From NCBI GenBank assembly GCA_050950505.1, contig JBMNHS010000001.1:352001-416000 (forward strand): a stretch of DNA of 64,000 nucleotides. Reading direction: 5' to 3'. Below the pieces are notes generated by a model. The model did not search any database. It was not told the origin of the DNA and saw nothing but the letters and a program-made list of their open reading frames with translations. Positions within the stretch are counted from its first letter, which is position 1; every line of letters begins with the position of its first letter. Of this stretch, positions 1 through 8,644 are shown piece by piece. Made by a program: the position numbers and the translations under genes. Source of the stretch: Candidatus Methanomethylophilaceae archaeon. Its GTDB lineage: Archaea > Thermoplasmatota > Thermoplasmata > Methanomassiliicoccales > Methanomethylophilaceae.

Positions 1-1815
1 TTTGTACTTATCCATTCCGTCAGCGAGAATCATGCGGACTGTCATTGCGGACACCGCGCCTGCGGAACCTTCGGCGAGCAGTATGTTCGATACCGCCGTC
101 GCACCCTGCCCCGAATCACTGGTGACCGATGTGAAACCGCCCCGATCGACGGATTTGGAAGAGTATTCGAACCATGTCGCAAGGGCACCTTCCTTATCCA
201 CGTTATAGTAATCGTCCCAAAGCATGTTCATGGGATTGCCTTCGTCCGTATCCACGGTGTAACCGATTCCGCCGAGATATTTGCTGCCGACGTCCTGATT
301 GGAAGATGTGGTCGCGTCGGCCAACAGCATTGCGTTGGGCGCAATCACCAGGAACACCACGCTCACAAGAGTGACGAAGGGTTCCGGGCGCAGGAACTTT
401 TTGAGACTGGCCTTCCAGCCTCCGCCTTTGAGGGTTTTGAAGTATTCGGACATGCCCACATATCTGTAAAGCAAAACCAGCACGGAAGCGGCGGCGACGG
501 AGTACATCGCACCGGCCATGATGGCGTTTTCCCTGGACAGCCAGCTGAGCAGGAAAACCCCGGTGATCCAAAGTAACATCGTAAGGTGGGATTCAGAGGG
601 GCTGTTCTTGTCAAGTTTGTGAAACAGAAGAGCGATTATCACGAAGGGCATCCAAACGGTGGCCCATCCGTAGTATGAGGCCATCTTCGAAATTCCCACG
701 TTGGTGGGCGTCAACAGACTGGCGACAATGGAAGATTCGAAGATTGCGTTGCCGCTCACCACATCGTTGAACAGCTGAGGGGTTGCCAGATACAGTATTG
801 CAAATATCAGAACCGTCGCAAGAATAGGTATGACGAAAGATTGGAGTTTCGGTTTCTTCCTCATGGCGTAGAACAATCCCACCACTGCCACGGATATGAC
901 GGCAAGCAGGAGAGGTCCGGTGAATATCAGGCTGAACAGCCCTGCGGCGTAGTAGTAAGGCAGGGATATTCCCAACGTCATAAGGAGCATTATCGCATAA
1001 GCCGCGAAAACAGAACCGAAATCATGGCTGTTGAGACGGGATATCACCGCGTGACCGGCCATCATGAAAACCAGGAGCACGATAATCATGCTGAATGCGT
1101 TCCATGACAGTGCTATGAACGCAAATAAAGCGCCTGCACCGAGGACGTATTTCAGAACGTCTTTCGCCAGAACCGCTTTTATGGTCCGGTCTTCGGAGGC
1201 TTCCAACGCCTTCATCGCTCTCAGAACGAACAGCGAAGCCAGAACGAAAATCATTACCAGGATTCCCATTGTCGTGCCGTCGGAGAATACGGACATTACC
1301 ACGGACAGAGGAAGAACCGCAAAGAAGAACGCGGCGATGATGCCGATGTTCCTGTCGAACATTTCCTTTCCGAGGTAGTAAACCAGAAGTACGGTGAATG
1401 CCGCGGCGGTCGGCCCGGAGAGTGCCAACACGGCTGAGGCCGCGGTGGATGCGGATGCCCCCAGTGCCATGGGAATCCATGCGAAACCTGCCAGTATGAT
1501 GTCGACCAGCGGAGGTTGCATGAGTGTGCCTCCGAACGGGTAGTTAAGCGAAGGGTCGGACAGCCCGAAGGTTCCCGTAAGGATGCTGATGATTGCGTGC
1601 TTGTGTTCCGCCGCACTCTGGCCGGACAGCGCGAAGCCGTTGTCGGCGGATATGCCGACGGCCATAACCGTTCTTGCCAGAACCGCGATGATCACTATCA
1701 GACCGAAGGTCAACGCAAGCCAATTTTCTTTGATTGATGATTTGATATCCCGGTCTTTGTCGACGGGATTCTTCCCTTTCGAAGGGGAAGAGTCAGTTTT
1801 GCCGAATTTACGCAT
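1..1815 (-). CDS. AglB/STT3-like oligosaccharyltransferase-family membrane protein with degenerate motifs; truncated at the window's left edge
   Basis: Absent from the ORF track, apparently because no in-frame stop lies in the window. ATG at 1815 gives MRKFGKTD...FALSGQSAAEH...DPSLNYPFGG..QPPL, many hydrophobic segments, PNAMLLADA, and LATWFEYSS at 183-157 where WWDYG is expected. Confidence 0.75.
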   Translation of the reverse strand, partial: MRKFGKTDSSPSKGKNPVDKDRDIKSSIKENWLALTFGLIVIIAVLARTVMAVGISADNGFALSGQSAAEHKHAIISILTGTFGLSDPSLNYPFGGTLMQPPLVDIILAGFAWIPMALGASASTAASAVLALSGPTAAAFTVLLVYYLGKEMFDRNIGIIAAFFFAVLPLSVVMSVFSDGTTMGILVMIFVLASLFVLRAMKALEASEDRTIKAVLAKDVLKYVLGAGALFAFIALSWNAFSMIIVLLVFMMAGHAVISRLNSHDFGSVFAAYAIMLLMTLGISLPYYYAAGLFSLIFTGPLLLAVISVAVVGLFYAMRKKPKLQSFVIPILATVLIFAILYLATPQLFNDVVSGNAIFESSIVASLLTPTNVGISKMASYYGWATVWMPFVIIALLFHKLDKNSPSESHLTMLLWITGVFLLSWLSRENAIMAGAMYSVAAASVLVLLYRYVGMSEYFKTLKGGGWKASLKKFLRPEPFVTLVSVVFLVIAPNAMLLADATTSSNQDVGSKYLGGIGYTVDTDEGNPMNMLWDDYYNVDKEGALATWFEYSSKSVDRGGFTSVTSDSGQGATAVSNILLAEGSAGAVSAMTVRMILADGMDKYK

Positions 1816-1909
1816 TATAAAGGTCTCCGTCCTTAAATTGTCGATTGATGATTGAATGCCTATTTATATCTTTACGGGCGCGCGTACAGTAGGACCGCAA
1901 TAGCGGAAA

Positions 1910-2554
1910 TCACAGCACTTTGGCAATCCGGTCCCTGAAGGATTCCGCAGATTCTCTCGGATTGTCGGATCCGTATATGGCACGGCCCACTATGACGTAG
2001 TCCGCACCGGCCTCTATCGCGGATGCCGCGTCGCCTCCCTGGGCCCCGACTCCGGGAGAAAGAATCAGTCTGTCGCCTATCACGGACCGTATCGCGGCAA
2101 TTCTTTCGGGTCTAGTCGCAGGGGCAATGAATCCGGAAACGTCGCATTTCACGCCCAGTTCCGCCATCTCTTCCCCGTGTTTTGCCGTGAAGGTTTTTCC
2201 GCCGGGGTGGCTCATTTCGGTCACGGCGAATATTTTTGCCTTTCCGGCGGCTTCTTTGGCGGCCAAGAGCGAATCTTCGCCGGTAAAGGCATGGACTATT
2301 ACGGCGGACGCTCCCCGGGATACACAGTTTTCCACAATCAAACGCACGGTGTTCGGTATGTCGGCGACTTTGAAGTCGCAGATGACGTCTCCTTTTTTCG
2401 CCAGTTCGTTTATCATGTCCGGGCCGGCGGAAAGCACCAACGGCCAATTTATCTTGATGGCATCCACCGCTCCGCGGACGGAATCCGCGATTTCCAGAGC
2501 TTTCTCACCGTCGGTCTCGTCCAATGCGAGTACCAGACGCGTATCCTTCTTCAT
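1910..2554 (-). CDS. pyrF: orotidine-5'-phosphate decarboxylase
   Basis: LVLALD, DFKVADIPNT, SPGVGAQGG and VIVGRAIY motifs. Start placed at MKKDTRL (ATG 2554); the ORF-track upstream extension is antisense to the next gene. Confidence 0.95.
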   Translation of the reverse strand: MKKDTRLVLALDETDGEKALEIADSVRGAVDAIKINWPLVLSAGPDMINELAKKGDVICDFKVADIPNTVRLIVENCVSRGASAVIVHAFTGEDSLLAAKEAAGKAKIFAVTEMSHPGGKTFTAKHGEEMAELGVKCDVSGFIAPATRPERIAAIRSVIGDRLILSPGVGAQGGDAASAIEAGADYVIVGRAIYGSDNPRESAESFRDRIAKVL

Positions 2555-2608
2555 GAGGGCCGATATTTCTGCGAGAGTTAATAATACGTCGGAACGGTTG
2601 AAGCCTTC

Positions 2609-3682
2609 ATGGTTCGGAGACAGTTGGAATGCGGATCTGCCGTCAACGGCGGATTGGCCGTCGGATGCGAGCATTGCACGGAAGGTTCCAAACTCGTTCT
2701 GTTCGTCACCGGACGTTGCAGCACGGGATGTGCCTACTGCCCCGTGTCTTTGGAAAAGAAAGGAAAAGAAGTTACGTACGCCAACGAGTCCAGAACATTT
2801 TCCGACGAGGATGTGATTGCCGAAGCCGAGGCCATGGACGCCACGGGAACCGGATTGACCGGAGGGGATCCGATGCAGAACTTCGATCTTACCCTCCATT
2901 ATCTGAAACTTCTGAAGAACCGCTTCGGACCGGAACATCACGTCCATCTTTACACCTCCACCGTGGATTATGAGAAAACAAAAATTCTGAAAGAGGAAGG
3001 GTTGGACGAAATACGGTTTCATCCCCGGGAGGAAGAGTGGATGGACTTCGACACTTCCGAGTTGGAAAAGATTCTGAAAATCGAAGGTCTGGACGTGGGG
3101 TTGGAGGTTCCTGCCCTTCCCGGCCGGGAAAAGGATCTGAATTCTTTGATCTCCAAAGTTTTCGATGCCGGCGTTTCGTTCATGAATCTGAACGAACTTG
3201 AGTTCTCCGAAAGCAACTGGAACATGATGGAAAAAGAAGGGTATCTTCTCAAAGACGACATATCCTCGGCGATAAAAGGTTCGGAGGAACTCGCTCTCGG
3301 ACTTATTGACAATCATCCGGAAAAACGGATACATTACTGCTCCTCTTCCTTCAAGGACGGGGTGCAGCTGAGACGCCGCCTGATAAGACGGGGGGAAAAC
3401 ACCGCCGCGGAATACGAAATCGTCACCGAGGACGGAACGATTCTGAAAGGGTTGGTTTACTCCGAAGACGTACGCGAAGCGTCCGACTTCCTGAAAGAGG
3501 AATTCGGGGTCCCGGAGGTGCTGATTCTTGAAGATAAAGAAAGAGGGCGTGTCGAAACCGCCCCGTGGGTTCTTCGGGAGATAGCCGACGAACTGCCGTA
3601 CGACTGCTATATCGTCGAAGAGTACCCCACGGCAGACAGGCTTGAAGTCGAAAGGATGCCTCTCGGCCGCCTTACGAAATGA
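2609..3682 (+). CDS. archaeal radical SAM protein (COG2108-like, function unknown)
   Basis: GCxxCxxGxKLVLFVTGxCxxxCxYC, TGGDP, LDEIRFHP and LNELEFS motifs. Confidence 0.85.
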   Translation: MVRRQLECGSAVNGGLAVGCEHCTEGSKLVLFVTGRCSTGCAYCPVSLEKKGKEVTYANESRTFSDEDVIAEAEAMDATGTGLTGGDPMQNFDLTLHYLKLLKNRFGPEHHVHLYTSTVDYEKTKILKEEGLDEIRFHPREEEWMDFDTSELEKILKIEGLDVGLEVPALPGREKDLNSLISKVFDAGVSFMNLNELEFSESNWNMMEKEGYLLKDDISSAIKGSEELALGLIDNHPEKRIHYCSSSFKDGVQLRRRLIRRGENTAAEYEIVTEDGTILKGLVYSEDVREASDFLKEEFGVPEVLILEDKERGRVETAPWVLREIADELPYDCYIVEEYPTADRLEVERMPLGRLTK

Positions 3683-3684
3683 CT

Positions 3685-4122
3685 TCAGGCCACACTGAGA
3701 CTCTGTATCTCGTGATGTCTGTTGACGATGTCTCTTGCGATACGGAGATTCTTGCCTTCCTTCCCGATGGCTCTTCCCTTGAGTTCGGAGTCCACGGTCA
3801 CGGTGGCGTGGGTTATGTCCCCGCGTTGCTCGATTTCAACCTTTTCGGGTTTGTAAATATGGAAGACGTTCTTTACGAACTGCTCCGGATCGTCGGAATG
3901 TTCCACGACCTGGATGTTCTTTCCGGTCAGGTTCTTGAGCCTGATCATATGGTCTCCCTTCTTACCGACTGCCATGTTCCCCTGGCCGGCTTCGACCACG
4001 AAGACCAGCTTGTCCGGGGTTTCCATGCAGTCCACCGCGTTGGTCTTGGTGACTTCCTGGAACAACGCGATGTACCTTAGGGTATCGTCAGTAATTACGA
4101 TTTCTGCAATCATATCCTTCAC
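3685..4122 (-). CDS. nusA: archaeal NusA (KH-domain protein)
   Basis: AVGKKG and AIGKEGKN KH motifs; canonical position after rpl30e; alternative start ATG 4113. Confidence 0.93.
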   Translation of the reverse strand: MKDMIAEIVITDDTLRYIALFQEVTKTNAVDCMETPDKLVFVVEAGQGNMAVGKKGDHMIRLKNLTGKNIQVVEHSDDPEQFVKNVFHIYKPEKVEIEQRGDITHATVTVDSELKGRAIGKEGKNLRIARDIVNRHHEIQSLSVA

Positions 4123-4406
4123 AGCGTTAATATGTTAGAGGAACCCTTGTCGATGACGGCAAGCGCCGAAACGGAGAAGGGCTTACCGCAAAGAGCACCG
4201 AGCTCCATGTTGTTGCCTCTGTAGCGGTGGATTTTGACACCTTCCGCTTCAGCCAGCGTCTTGCTGGGGCAGTTTCGGGCCAGAATTATCATCTGGGCTT
4301 TGCCTGCCTTTATCGCTTTCTCCGTCTGATCAACGCCGAAATCGACCTTGCCCGTGGCTATGGCGGCTCTCAGCGCTCTGCTTATGTCGATTGTATTTTC
4401 ACTCAT
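4119..4406 (-). CDS. rpl30e: 50S ribosomal protein L30e
   Basis: TGKV.FG and [10 protein letters not shown] motifs; position in the RNA polymerase operon. Confidence 0.95.
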   Translation of the reverse strand: MSENTIDISRALRAAIATGKVDFGVDQTEKAIKAGKAQMIILARNCPSKTLAEAEGVKIHRYRGNNMELGALCGKPFSVSALAVIDKGSSNILTL

Positions 4407-5851
4407 TCTTCATCCCCCTTTTTGTTTTTGGGTGTATAAATCAGGTTAACTGCGCCGGTACCCAATGTGACCGGCTGCCCGACTATGATGTTCTCCGTCA
4501 CTCCTTCGAGAGTGTCGACTTCGCCCACCATCGCCGCATGCATAAGATGGGTGGTGGTGATTTCGAAGGCCGCTCTCGCGAGGACCGAGGATTTCTTTCC
4601 GGAGACTCCGTGACGTCCGATGGCTTTCACCGATCCGTCATTGGTCATCTGATCGGCAACAAGCATGATATGCCTGATGTCGACGTTCAGACCGGCTTCT
4701 CCGAGAGTGTCTCCCGCTTCGTAAATGATGGAATTTCTGGCCGCTTCAACTCCCAGGACCTCAGCTATTTCCTGAATACTGTTGGTCATGACGTTGGGCG
4801 CGTCCACGCCTTCCACCTTCAGCACCTCTTTGAGGTTGCTGCCTTCGGTGACTATCTCATACTTTTCGTCTTTGTTTTTGCTTATGACCGCTCTCGTCAC
4901 GCCGTCGATGCCTTTGATTTTTGCATTCTTTATGGCATCGTGCATGGCCTGGATTTTCTTGAAAGACGGGGAATCCGACGTGATCGTCAGATTGAAGTCG
5001 TCTTTCTCGACCAGACCGCGGACGGCTCTTATTTTGCCGAGCTTGTCATGAATCTCGTCGATCGTCAATCCCTTTTTGTCCATCTTGTGGGCGTCGGGGG
5101 ATATGACGATGCGCATGTTGGTGACGTCTGTGTATATTTTGGCCACATCGGTCAGCAAAGTCATTTCTATGTTGGATGCGACATGGGTCGCGACACTTTC
5201 GTCCTCGGCGGCTATGCCGAGAAGAGGAATGGTCATCGACGGCGTGCTCGGAGCACGTCTGGCATCCACGATTTCAATCAATCTGGGAAGACCCTGGGTA
5301 ACGTTGATGTTCGCGACACCGGCGTAGTGGAAAGTACGCATGTTCATCTGGGTACCGGGCTCACCGATGGAGTGGGCCGCCATGACTCCGGCGGACTCGT
5401 TTTTGTCCATGAGGTGGGAATTGTACATCTCCCATGCCTTGTCCAGAAGTCTTTTGCAGGTATCGTCGTCAAACTCGTTGCCCGCCATGCGGGATGCGAT
5501 GTCGGACAGAATCTTCATAGGGAAGTCGTACCCGGATTCGTCGGCGAAATCCATCAATCTGATTTCCTCGGGGGTGTACACCCGTTCGCGGGTGATTTCC
5601 GTCGCCACGAAAAGAGGTGCGGCCTCTTCGGCTTTCTTCTTGACCTTCGAAGTGGCCTGCCGGGAAGGGCGTTTCGAGAGAGTCTCAATGATGGATGCCG
5701 CTTCTTCCGCGGATATTCCGAGATCTTCCATCTCTTCCTGGGTGGCCGCCTGGATGTCGGAAAGTATTCTGAACTTTGTCAGAAGCAGTGCCGCCGCCTC
5801 TTCACTTATTCCGCGCCTTATCAACGCGTTCATGGTGTCTTTTTTGGCCAT
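4403..5851 (-). CDS. rpoA2: RNA polymerase subunit A'' (Rpo1C) with N-terminal extra domain
   Basis: [29 protein letters not shown] and LARAAFE motifs. Confidence 0.96.
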   Translation of the reverse strand: MAKKDTMNALIRRGISEEAAALLLTKFRILSDIQAATQEEMEDLGISAEEAASIIETLSKRPSRQATSKVKKKAEEAAPLFVATEITRERVYTPEEIRLMDFADESGYDFPMKILSDIASRMAGNEFDDDTCKRLLDKAWEMYNSHLMDKNESAGVMAAHSIGEPGTQMNMRTFHYAGVANINVTQGLPRLIEIVDARRAPSTPSMTIPLLGIAAEDESVATHVASNIEMTLLTDVAKIYTDVTNMRIVISPDAHKMDKKGLTIDEIHDKLGKIRAVRGLVEKDDFNLTITSDSPSFKKIQAMHDAIKNAKIKGIDGVTRAVISKNKDEKYEIVTEGSNLKEVLKVEGVDAPNVMTNSIQEIAEVLGVEAARNSIIYEAGDTLGEAGLNVDIRHIMLVADQMTNDGSVKAIGRHGVSGKKSSVLARAAFEITTTHLMHAAMVGEVDTLEGVTENIIVGQPVTLGTGAVNLIYTPKNKKGDEE

Positions 5852-5854
5852 TGC

Positions 5855-8644
5855 TCACTCACCCCCTTCGTAGGTGTTTTCGTAATCATCCGTTTCTTCC
5901 TCGTTGAATTCCATTTCGTCCTTTTCCTTGGAGCCGTAGTCTTCGCCCACGTCTCTCTCGTCGAGCCGGATCATGTCTTCGGCGGCCTCGTCTCCGAGAA
6001 CTTCCGCGAAGAGGTCGTCCAGATCGATTGCTTTTCCGCGCACGGATCTGGTCGGATCGACCCCGTCCTCTCCGTATCTGAACTGAATGACGGTTCCCAC
6101 GGTGTTCCTGACGGTTCCGTCGGAAGTGAGCTTCAGGTCTTCCAATGCGGAGATCAAACGTCTCTGCATGTATCCCGACCTGGATGTCCTGACCGCGGTA
6201 TCCACCAAACCTTCACGGCCTCCCATTGCGTGGAAGAAGAATTCCGTGGGGTTGAGTCCGGACTTGTAGGAGTTGGCGCAGAATCCTTTGGCATCGGCAC
6301 CCATGTCCTTCTTCTCAAAGTGGGACAGGGTCCGGTTCCAATATCCTCTGGAAAGCCTTTCACCGCGGACGGTCTGCTGTCCGATACAACCGGCCATCTG
6401 AGACAGGTTCAGCATCGAACCGCGGGCTCCGGCTCTTGCCATGATGACCGCGGGGTTGTCCATTCCCAGGTGTTTTTCGGCTATCTTACCGGCTTCGTCA
6501 CGGGCTTCTTCCAATTTTCCTCTGGCTTTGACTTCCAGAGTCTCCTTCAGAGAGCGTCCGGGGGTCTGTTCCAAAGTTCTTTCGTGATAGGATTCCACCA
6601 ACTGGGAGACTTCGTTCACCCGTTCCTGAATCAGGCTGTTGATCTGCAACGCAATTTCTTCGGGAATGTCTTCGTCGCTGATGCCGGTGCTGAACCCGTG
6701 GTTCATAAGGGCTCCGAGGGCCAGTCTTGTGACGTTATCGATGAATTTCGAGGCTTCGTCCGATCCGTAGTCCCTTGCGATGCGGTCAAGGATTTTTCCC
6801 TTGCTGTTGCCGATGGCCCTGACATCGATGGTTCCCATCAGGAGTTTGCCGTCGCGTATTTTCACGTAAGCGTCGTTCTTGCACTCTTCCTTCATGCAGA
6901 CTCTGCAGTTCTGACAGATGTTCGCTTTGAAGGTTGTGCGGAATCCTTTGGGAAGAACCGAAGAGAACAGCTGTTTTCCTTCCCAGTAGGGCTTGCCATT
7001 CTCATCGTACTTAGGTTCGGGCATGACCACTCCGGGAAGCTTTGACATTATGTTCGCCGCTTCCGCCCTGCCGAACACGGGGTTGTTGTGAGTCAGGTAA
7101 TACGTTCCCGTGATGTGGTCGTGAATGGCTCCGATGATCGGACCTCCGTACCTGGGCGAAAGAATGTTTTCCTGAACCTGCATGAGTATTCTCGCTTCCG
7201 CCCTCGCTTCCTCGGACTGAAGAACGTGAAGGTTCATTTCGTCCCCGTCGAAGTCCGCGTTGTAAGGCGGACATACGCAGAGGTTGAATCTGAAGGTCTT
7301 TCCGTCCATGACCCTGACCCTGTGGGCCATCATGGACATTCTGTGCAGAGAAGGCTGCCTGTTGAACAGGACGACGTCTCCGTCCACCATCTGTCTTTCC
7401 ACAACGTAGTCAAGTTCCAGAGCTTCCGCCACGTCTTCGGCGTTGCGGTCGGTGACGCGGATTCTCCTTCCGTCGGAACGGATGACGTAGTTCGCTCCGG
7501 GGACGTATTCTCCGAATTCGTCCACGGGTTCGGTTCCGCCGGCCACGAGATTCTTCATGTTTTCAAGGTTCTGTTCGTTCACGTAAACCGGAACGGTAAG
7601 TTCCCTTGCGGCCGCAATCGGAATTCCCACTTCGTTTATGGAGAGCAGGGGATCCGGGGAAATCACGGTACGCGCGGAGAAATTCACACGCTTACCGGAA
7701 AGGTTGGATCTGAATCTTCCTTCTTTTCCTTTGAGTCTCTGGGACAGAGTCTTCAGCGGACGTCCGGACCTGTGTCTTGCGGGGGGTATTCCCGAGGTCT
7801 GGTTGTCAAAGTATGTAGTAATGTGATACTGAAGGAGCTCCCAGAGATCTTCGACTATGAGCTGAGGGGCACCGGAATCGCGGTTTTCCCTGAGCCTTTG
7901 GTTGATTCTCAGGATATCCACCAGTTTGTGGGTCAGATCGTCTTCCGACCTGTCACCGGAGTCCAACGTGATCGAAGGCCTTACGGTGACCGGGGGGACG
8001 GCAAGTGCGGTGAGCACCATCCATTCCGGCCGGCAGGTCGAAGGATCGAATCCCAAAGTGGCCAAATCCTCGTCGGTGATGCGTTCCAACCTTTCGCGCA
8101 CTTCTTTCGGAGTGAGTTTGTGGTTGTCGTCCACCTCACGGAAGGTGGTGGGTTTGTCCAACTTGATTTTGATCTGTTCCGCGCTGCAGTGGGGGCAGAG
8201 TCCTTTCGAGGATGCTCCTTTCGCCATGACTTTGGCGAAGTTCTTCACGTCCATCGAGTCCCCTCCCAATTCCTCCATGCGTTCCATGTCGGTGGCGGCG
8301 ACGGAAATCTGCTCGGGAGTCAGCATCAGTCTTCCGCAGGTGCGGCAGGTGCTCTCCAGAAGCATTTTTATGTCTTTGATGAACCCGACGTGAATGACCG
8401 GCAATGCCAAATCTATGTGTCCGAAGTGTCCGGGACACTCGTCCACTCTGTTGGCGCAGGTCTTGCAGCGCAATCCCGGTTCGATAACTCCCATTCTGGG
8501 GTCCATCAGACCCATTTCTATGGGATAGCCTTCATCGTCGTAAGTATCGGCGGTGATGACCTTGGTGGCGGACATCTTCCTGATTTCGTCGGGCGAAATA
8601 CAGGAGAATTTGATCGAACCGATTCTCTTCGTGATTCCTTTCAT
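5855..8644 (-). CDS. rpoA1: RNA polymerase subunit A' (Rpo1N)
   Basis: Catalytic YNADFDGDEMN, CPGHFGHI and GKRVNFSAR. Start MKGITKRI at 8644 overlaps the rpoB stop (ATGA) and follows GGAGG. Confidence 0.97.
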   Translation of the reverse strand: MKGITKRIGSIKFSCISPDEIRKMSATKVITADTYDDEGYPIEMGLMDPRMGVIEPGLRCKTCANRVDECPGHFGHIDLALPVIHVGFIKDIKMLLESTCRTCGRLMLTPEQISVAATDMERMEELGGDSMDVKNFAKVMAKGASSKGLCPHCSAEQIKIKLDKPTTFREVDDNHKLTPKEVRERLERITDEDLATLGFDPSTCRPEWMVLTALAVPPVTVRPSITLDSGDRSEDDLTHKLVDILRINQRLRENRDSGAPQLIVEDLWELLQYHITTYFDNQTSGIPPARHRSGRPLKTLSQRLKGKEGRFRSNLSGKRVNFSARTVISPDPLLSINEVGIPIAAARELTVPVYVNEQNLENMKNLVAGGTEPVDEFGEYVPGANYVIRSDGRRIRVTDRNAEDVAEALELDYVVERQMVDGDVVLFNRQPSLHRMSMMAHRVRVMDGKTFRFNLCVCPPYNADFDGDEMNLHVLQSEEARAEARILMQVQENILSPRYGGPIIGAIHDHITGTYYLTHNNPVFGRAEAANIMSKLPGVVMPEPKYDENGKPYWEGKQLFSSVLPKGFRTTFKANICQNCRVCMKEECKNDAYVKIRDGKLLMGTIDVRAIGNSKGKILDRIARDYGSDEASKFIDNVTRLALGALMNHGFSTGISDEDIPEEIALQINSLIQERVNEVSQLVESYHERTLEQTPGRSLKETLEVKARGKLEEARDEAGKIAEKHLGMDNPAVIMARAGARGSMLNLSQMAGCIGQQTVRGERLSRGYWNRTLSHFEKKDMGADAKGFCANSYKSGLNPTEFFFHAMGGREGLVDTAVRTSRSGYMQRRLISALEDLKLTSDGTVRNTVGTVIQFRYGEDGVDPTRSVRGKAIDLDDLFAEVLGDEAAEDMIRLDERDVGEDYGSKEKDEMEFNEEETDDYENTYEGGE

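Noticed and set aside
2555-3334. N-terminal extension of PyrF in the ORF track (474 aa)
   Set aside because: It is antisense to the radical SAM gene, and PyrF homology begins at ATG 2554.
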